64,000 nucleotides of DNA from Longimicrobiales bacterium (lineage in GTDB: Bacteria; Gemmatimonadota; Gemmatimonadetes; Longimicrobiales; Gaopeijiaceae). The notes below the pieces were generated by a model. That model made no database searches, was not told the origin of the DNA, and saw only the letters and a list, made by a program, of their open reading frames with translations. The translations under genes were made by a program, and so were the position numbers. Below are positions 58,485 through 64,000 of this stretch, in pieces; the first letter of the stretch is position 1, and each line of letters starts with the position of its first letter. The stretch covers positions 4,288,001 to 4,352,000 of the forward strand of contig OZ250165.1 of assembly GCA_965238005.1 (NCBI GenBank), given 5' to 3'.

Positions 58485-59795
58485 ATGAGCGTGTCGACGA
58501 ATCAGCTCAAAGGTTGGATCGAGGATGCCCGAGCGCGAACATTTTCGATGGTGGACGATCTCGACGATGACCAGATGTCGGTGCCGTATTTGCCCACAGT
58601 GAACCCGTTCCTGTGGGAGCTGGGCCACGGGATATGGTTTCAGGAGTTCTGGGTGTTGCGTCATGCGCTCGGTGAAACGCCGCTCGGTGGAACGCCCCTG
58701 CTCGATGATCCGGATCACCTGTTCGACTCGGCCCATGTCGGACATGAGATGCGCTGGCATTTGAAGATGCCGGGACGAGTGGAGGTTGTGAGCTATGGAC
58801 AGCGAGTGCGGGATGCCGTTCTCGAGAAACTCGCCGAGGGTGAACCCAGCCCCGAGCTTCGCTACTTCCTGCTCCTGTCTGTGTTCCACGAGGACATGCA
58901 CCAGGAAGCGTTTTGTTACATGCGTCAGACGCTCGGCTACGCGCCGCCCAGCTGGCTCGGCCCGGCGCAGGCGGCAGCGGAGCCGTCGCCGTACGGTGAC
59001 GCGAGGATTCCGGGAGGCCGGGTCGACATCGGCGCGAGCAGGGACGAGCCGTTCGTGTTCGACAACGAAAAGTGGGCCCACCCGGTCGACATCGAGGCGT
59101 TCCACATTGCCCGCTCGCCGGTGACCCAAGCTCAGTTCCTGGAGTTCGTCGAGGACGGCGGCTATCGACGGTCCGAGCTGTGGAGTGACCCTGGCTGGCG
59201 CTGGCGGCTGGCTGCTGGCGCCGAGTGCCCGGTCTACTGGCGACTCCACGGCGATGCGTGGCAAAAGCGTGTCTTCGACACCTGGCGGGATCTCGAGGTG
59301 AATGTCCCAGTCGTCCACGTCAACTGGTATGAGGCGGACGCCTGGTGTCGCTGGGCGGGACGGCGCCTGCCGACCGAGCCTGAGTGGGAAGTCGCGGCGA
59401 CGGCCGAGGTCGATGGCGACGCGTTGACCGGTGCCCGGCGCCGGTACCCATGGGGCGACTCTCCCGAGCCGGGCCCCGAGAGAGCCAACCTCGATGGCAA
59501 CGGTGGCGGTCTCTGGCCGATCACGGCCGCCGCCGCGGGTGACACGCCAGCCGGCTGCCGGCAGATGCTAGGTAACGTCTGGGAGTGGACCGCCAGCGAC
59601 TTCCTGCCCTACCCGGGCTTCGTGGTCGACCCCTACGAGCAGTACTCGAAGCCGTGGTTCGGCTGTCGCAAGGTCTTGCGTGGCGGCTGCTGGATGACTC
59701 GAACGCGCATGCTGCGCCCCACCTGGCGCAACTACTTCACGCCGAATCGGCGGGACGTTTTCACGGGTTTTCGCACCTGCGCGATCGAGCGTTGA
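58485..59795 (+). CDS. senA: Selenoneine synthase SenA (EgtB-like DinB plus FGE-sulfatase fold)
   Basis: VNPFLWELGH..WFQEFW, FHEDMHQE iron triad, FDNE, RLPTEPEWE, GNVWEWT and GFRTC. Translationally coupled to senB. Confidence 0.85.
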   Translation: MSVSTNQLKGWIEDARARTFSMVDDLDDDQMSVPYLPTVNPFLWELGHGIWFQEFWVLRHALGETPLGGTPLLDDPDHLFDSAHVGHEMRWHLKMPGRVEVVSYGQRVRDAVLEKLAEGEPSPELRYFLLLSVFHEDMHQEAFCYMRQTLGYAPPSWLGPAQAAAEPSPYGDARIPGGRVDIGASRDEPFVFDNEKWAHPVDIEAFHIARSPVTQAQFLEFVEDGGYRRSELWSDPGWRWRLAAGAECPVYWRLHGDAWQKRVFDTWRDLEVNVPVVHVNWYEADAWCRWAGRRLPTEPEWEVAATAEVDGDALTGARRRYPWGDSPEPGPERANLDGNGGGLWPITAAAAGDTPAGCRQMLGNVWEWTASDFLPYPGFVVDPYEQYSKPWFGCRKVLRGGCWMTRTRMLRPTWRNYFTPNRRDVFTGFRTCAIER

Positions 59796-60751
59796 ACGTC
59801 ACCCTGGTCAGCCCGGCTCCAGTGACGTCGCTAGGCGGGAACCGCACGACCTCGGTGCGCTGGCAGCGGCTGTTGGAAGAGTTGGGGCACCCGACGGATC
59901 TCGTTCAGAGTTGGCAGGGTGACGAAGCCGAAGTCTTGATCGCGCTGCATGCACGAAAGAGCTTCGAATCGATCCGGCGATTCCACGAAGTGCGGCAGGG
60001 AGCACCGCTGGTGGTCGCGTTGGCCGGAACCGATCTGTATCGCGACCTCGACCAGAGCGACGAAGTGCTTCGTGCCCTCGAGATGGCGACCCGCGTCGTG
60101 GCCCTGCAGCCGGCAGCGCTCGAGCGCTTGCCGCGGGCGGTGCACGACAAGGTCCATGTCATCCTACAGTCGGCCGAGCCCCCGCCCTCGCCCCCGGAGA
60201 CCTTGCCGGATCGATTCGAAGTCTCTGTGCTATCCCACCTCCGGGCGATCAAGGATCCACTGATGGCCGCGGCCGCGACCCGGCGCCTGCCGGCGACTTC
60301 GCGCATCGTCGTGCGGCACGCCGGTAGCGCGCTCGACCAGGAGCTCGGCGAGGAGGCCCGCAAGGAGACCGAGACCAACCCGCGCTATCGATGGCTCGGG
60401 CCGCTGCCGTTCGATCTAGCCCGTGAGCTGCTCGCGAGCTCCCGTCTGATGGTACTCAGCTCGCGCGACGAGGGCGGTGCCAACGTGGTCTCGGAAGCGA
60501 TCGTTGCCGGGGTGCCGGTCCTGTCGACCGACATCCCCGGATCCAGGGGACTGCTCGGTGACGACTACCCCGGGTACTTCCCGGTCGGCGACGACGAGGG
60601 CCTCGCGAGCCTTCTGCTACGAGCCGAGTCCGAGCCCGCGTACCTGGCGGAGCTCAAGGAACACTGCGTGCGCTTGCGGCCTCGCTTTGCCCCGGAAAGG
60701 GAGCGGACGGCCTGGCAAGAGCTCCTGGGAAGCGTTCTCCGCACTCGCTAG
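59792..60751 (+). CDS. senB: Selenosugar synthase SenB (TIGR04348-type glycosyltransferase)
   Basis: GNRTTSVRW, LIALHARKS, GTDLYRD, HLRAIKDP, SSRDEGGANVVSEA and GLLGDDYPGYF. TTG start overlaps the senA stop (TTGA). Confidence 0.88.
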   Translation: MNVTLVSPAPVTSLGGNRTTSVRWQRLLEELGHPTDLVQSWQGDEAEVLIALHARKSFESIRRFHEVRQGAPLVVALAGTDLYRDLDQSDEVLRALEMATRVVALQPAALERLPRAVHDKVHVILQSAEPPPSPPETLPDRFEVSVLSHLRAIKDPLMAAAATRRLPATSRIVVRHAGSALDQELGEEARKETETNPRYRWLGPLPFDLARELLASSRLMVLSSRDEGGANVVSEAIVAGVPVLSTDIPGSRGLLGDDYPGYFPVGDDEGLASLLLRAESEPAYLAELKEHCVRLRPRFAPERERTAWQELLGSVLRTR

Positions 60752-61960
60752 CGGTCATCGCCCGTGACGAGCCGCCCTCCTTCCACCCAGACGTCTCCGT
60801 CGACCGTCACGGTCGCGTCGGTGAAGAAGTTCCAGCGAACGTAACCGCCCCCGACCGCACCGCCGAGCTCGGAGTTGTCCCCAAGCGAGAGACGCACCAC
60901 GCCGGCGCCGTAGCCGTAGTAGGGGATCCACGGATCACCCTGCTCCGGGATCCCGAGCAGCGGGTTGAAGCCCAGCGCAAATTCCCGGAACGCGCGTCCG
61001 GCGTCTCCGGCCGAGTCCATCTCCGCCACAGCGGCGCCGAGGCCTTGCTCGGCCCGGGCGTCGACGACCCGACCCGACTCGAACGTCAGCACCAGACCTT
61101 CCACGGTGATCCCGCCCCACACCGACGGCGGGAAGGCGATCGTGCCGTTGACCGACTCCTCCAGCGGGGCGACGCGGATGGCGCCCGCCGGGAGCTCGAC
61201 CTCCCGATCGATAAGGTTCAGGGCCCGCTCCGCCCGTGCGGCCGACGCATCCCCGTCCTGCTTGGTCACCGGACGGTCGCCGATGCGGAAGGACATGTCG
61301 GTACCAGCCGGCGTCGTGACACGGACCTCCGAGCCGCGCATCGCCTGCTCGAAGCCGGCCTGCGCGGCGGCGAGCGCCACGTAGTCGGTCTCGTGCAGGA
61401 CGTTCTCGTAGAAGGCGTCGTACTCGGGTGTTTGATCCATGAGCGTGCCGTCGAGCGCGTACGCCCCCGCCCAGTGGAAGTGGACGGTCCGGCCCTGTCC
61501 CTGCCGGAGCAGGTCCTGGAGGCCCGAGTAGACGGGGTGCAGCACGGTCGCCCCCGGCATCATCACCGCCGCGTCCACCTCCCCCAGAAGTTCGACCAGC
61601 GCCTGGTCCGAGGCCTCCGCGAGCCGGGCCGTGAAGTCGGTCGCCCAGGCGTTCGGCGTGTCACCGGCTACCGACCAAGCGCCCAGGTCGGTCGCACCCG
61701 CGGCCAGGACGCCCGCCCGAAACGTCGGCACTATGGCGTTGAATGAGCCGGGCATCGCCACCAGGAGCACACGCTCGCCCGGCTGCAGCGCGAGCCGCTC
61801 GAGCAGGCCCTCGGCGAGAGCGTCGTAGTCGAGCACAATCGGCTCGGTGTCCGGTCCCGGCGGGGGGTTCGGAGACGGCTCGCAGCCTGAGAACAGGAAC
61901 AGGCCCAACGCTGTTTTCGCCACCCACAGGATATCCGGTGTCGGATCACCATCGGGTGAG
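60748..61960 (-). CDS. M29-like aminopeptidase/metalloprotease lipoprotein (start uncertain)
   Basis: FSGC lipobox, VRVTTPAGTD, ELPAG, REFALGFNP and SLGDNSELGG. Confidence 0.7.
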
Positions 61961-61985
61961 GTCGAGTGGCGCTGGATCGTAGATC

Positions 61986-62528
61986 TCAACGGACTTCGAG
62001 CCCCCGAAGCTCGAGCACGGCCCGGATGATCTTCTGATGGTGGTTGTCGTGGATCACAGCGAACTGTAGCCACTGCGCCGCGTTGAGGTTGCCGAACGCG
62101 AAATGATTTCGTGTGGCGGGCGACGCCTGTAGCTGCGCGAGGGAACCCTCTAGTCCCTCCACCCGCTCTCTGATTCCGTGAAACCTTGCCGCCAGCTCCT
62201 CGGCGCTCGTCCCCTTGGGCAGGTTTCGCTCAGGGGCCTTACCCCGACCTCTGGGAAATGCACCGACGAGCAGGACGATCCGCCCGGCCAGGCTGGGGCG
62301 ACCGCCTGTGTCGAGCTTGGGATCCCCGTCGCGGGCTCGCTCGATCCAACTCACGATTCCCCCATTGGCGATCGAGAGATGCTCCAGGTGGTCCTTCACG
62401 CTCCACTTGGAGACCGCCGGGGCCGACGCCTCGTACAAGGCCGGATCGCATGCCTGCTCGATCTCCAGGTCCAGGCTCGCCAGTAGTGCGGCGTGGGCTC
62501 GGAGGAGCTTCGTCGACGCAACGTCCAT
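61986..62528 (-). CDS. DinB-family protein
   Basis: WSVKDHLEHL, HFAFG and IHDNHH. Confidence 0.85.
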   Translation of the reverse strand: MDVASTKLLRAHAALLASLDLEIEQACDPALYEASAPAVSKWSVKDHLEHLSIANGGIVSWIERARDGDPKLDTGGRPSLAGRIVLLVGAFPRGRGKAPERNLPKGTSAEELAARFHGIRERVEGLEGSLAQLQASPATRNHFAFGNLNAAQWLQFAVIHDNHHQKIIRAVLELRGLEVR

Positions 62529-62658
62529 TCTCCTGCGTCCTCACATTCATATGCCGTGACACGACCGGCAGAGCCGAGGGAGGTGTAGCCCCTTTTTTAC
62601 TCCAAAATCTGGATCTTTCTCCCCACCCACCCCCGCTCCCCTACCCGAACCAACCGCG

Positions 62659-63018
62659 TTACCGTACCCCCAACGCATTCAAGCCGAGCAGCAGGTGCTG
62701 CAGCACGATGGGCCACCACTGATCGGACACTGGAAAGGCATACGTCCATGCATCGGTCGTCGGTCTTCCATCGCGGTGGTCCTCGAACGCCTCCAGGTAC
62801 CGGTTGGCAAAGATCACATCCAACCGCTCGATCCGGTCGCCGTCGTCGAAAAAGCCGTCGGCGATTCCTTCGCCAACCTTGACCGTGACCTTGCGGTAGA
62901 GCGCGGCGAAATATCCGAGCCGTGAGCTCGCGGCGCGCGACCACTCGACGATCTCCGTCAGCCGCTCCACGACCTCGTCGATCGTGTCGGCGGGCACCCG
63001 TCGTCCCGCCTCGCTCAT
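62659..63018 (-). pseudogene. DUF5995-like protein, 3'-truncated
   Basis: GYFAALY..FDDGDRIERLDVIFANRYL..QHLLLGLNA, then an abrupt stop. Confidence 0.7.
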
Positions 63019-64000
63019 CCGATCGGCGCCCGAATCGCGCGGCCGGGCCGAGCGTCCGTGACCTCTCCGTCATCGACGACGATCTCCCCCTCGATGATCA
63101 CGTACGGAATCCCTGCGGCGGGGATCGTAGCGTCCTCGTAGGTCGAGCGGTCGATCACCGTCTCCGGATCGAAGATCGTGATGTCGGCGTCGGCGCCGAC
63201 CCGGATGCGTCCTTTGTTCGCCATCGAGGGAACGCGCGCCTCGAGTCGGCGGGCGGGCATGACCGTCATTTTCCTGAGGGCGTCCATGAGCGTGAGCCCG
63301 CCTTCCTCACGGACGTACCGCCCGAGCACCTTCGAGTACGAGCCCGAGGTCCGCGGGTGGCCCTGCCCATCCACGAGGAAGCCGTCGCTCGCGATCATCG
63401 TGAGGGGGCTGAAGACGGCCGTCCGTGTCATGTCTTCGGTGCGACTATGGATGATCACGGCGCCGCCTTGCCTGCGCGCCCCCGCGAATGTCTCCCGCGT
63501 CGCCCGCTGTCCGGTTGACACGAGCTGGTGGCGCTGGAAGTCCTCGTCGGTCCAGCTCTCCCAGTCGTCGAAGAGTGCGGATGGGATCTCGGTCATGCCC
63601 GCGCCGTACGGGTACGTCTCTGTCGTGACGTCCTGGCCGGCCGACCGCGTCTCCTCGACCATCTCGAGAAAACGGTCGATGTCCCGCCCGGAGGACGAGT
63701 TGATGTGCACAACGTGGAGCGCGGCCCCGGCCCGGCGCGCCGCGGCGAGCGTGGAGTCGAAGCCCGGCACGCCGCTCCGCATGTGAATGTGGATCGGGGC
63801 CCCGATGTCACCCGCAACGCCGAACATGCGCTCGATCTCGTCCATGGTCGCGCCGGGCGTATACGCGGCCCCGAAGCCTACGGCGACCGCGCCCTGAGCC
63901 AAACCCTCTCGAATCCGGCGCTCCATCTCATCGAGCTGCTCGGGCGTCACGCTTCCCGAACCTCCGATCCCAGCGGGCAGAATGCCCTCACTGGGATCGT
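63015..64000 (-). CDS. N-acyl-D-amino acid deacylase-like amidohydrolase, 5' end beyond window
   Basis: HIHMR, HVVHINS, TETYPY, IASDG, HPRTSG and KGRIRVGADAD. Confidence 0.9.
   Translation of the reverse strand, partial: DPSEGILPAGIGGSGSVTPEQLDEMERRIREGLAQGAVAVGFGAAYTPGATMDEIERMFGVAGDIGAPIHIHMRSGVPGFDSTLAAARRAGAALHVVHINSSSGRDIDRFLEMVEETRSAGQDVTTETYPYGAGMTEIPSALFDDWESWTDEDFQRHQLVSTGQRATRETFAGARRQGGAVIIHSRTEDMTRTAVFSPLTMIASDGFLVDGQGHPRTSGSYSKVLGRYVREEGGLTLMDALRKMTVMPARRLEARVPSMANKGRIRVGADADITIFDPETVIDRSTYEDATIPAAGIPYVIIEGEIVVDDGEVTDARPGRAIRAPIG

Noticed and set aside
1..64000. CRISPR array or cas genes
   Set aside because: No regularly spaced repeats with unique spacers were seen. The only RuvC protein is an IS605 TnpB next to a tnpA stub.

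Overview
GC-rich bacterial DNA. The gene families (Ser/Thr kinase-PD40 fusion, secreted amidohydrolases, S9/S46 peptidases, CsgG) suggest Gemmatimonadota, which is an inference. The left part holds a PAS sensor kinase, a CopA cluster, clpB, kptA, a decayed IS200/IS605 (tnpA/tnpB) element, an S9 peptidase, a TIR-TM-TPR gene broken by one amber codon, three Tat-signal enzymes (an alpha-hydroxy-acid oxidase with a CxxCH motif and two tandem aminotransferases), a CapA pseudogene and two RCK-gated ion transporters. The centre (about 29.5-50.7 kb) is a mosaic island. It contains five tRNA 3'-half att-like sites (Lys x2, a Lys/Ile chimera, Ile, Pro), two of which are related 294-bp complete attP-like units, with no integrase or intact tRNA in the window. 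It also carries phage-satellite-like remnants (TerS x2, a primase-like tail), a group II intron 5' fragment abutting an attC-like half site, a cyclase-kinase-propeller fusion and a triplicated amidohydrolase. The right part has a peroxiredoxin, a cyclase/CsgG pair, an S46 peptidase, an SLC13 permease, a senA-senB selenoneine pair without senC, and hydrolases. All calls come from motif reading by eye; no database search was run.
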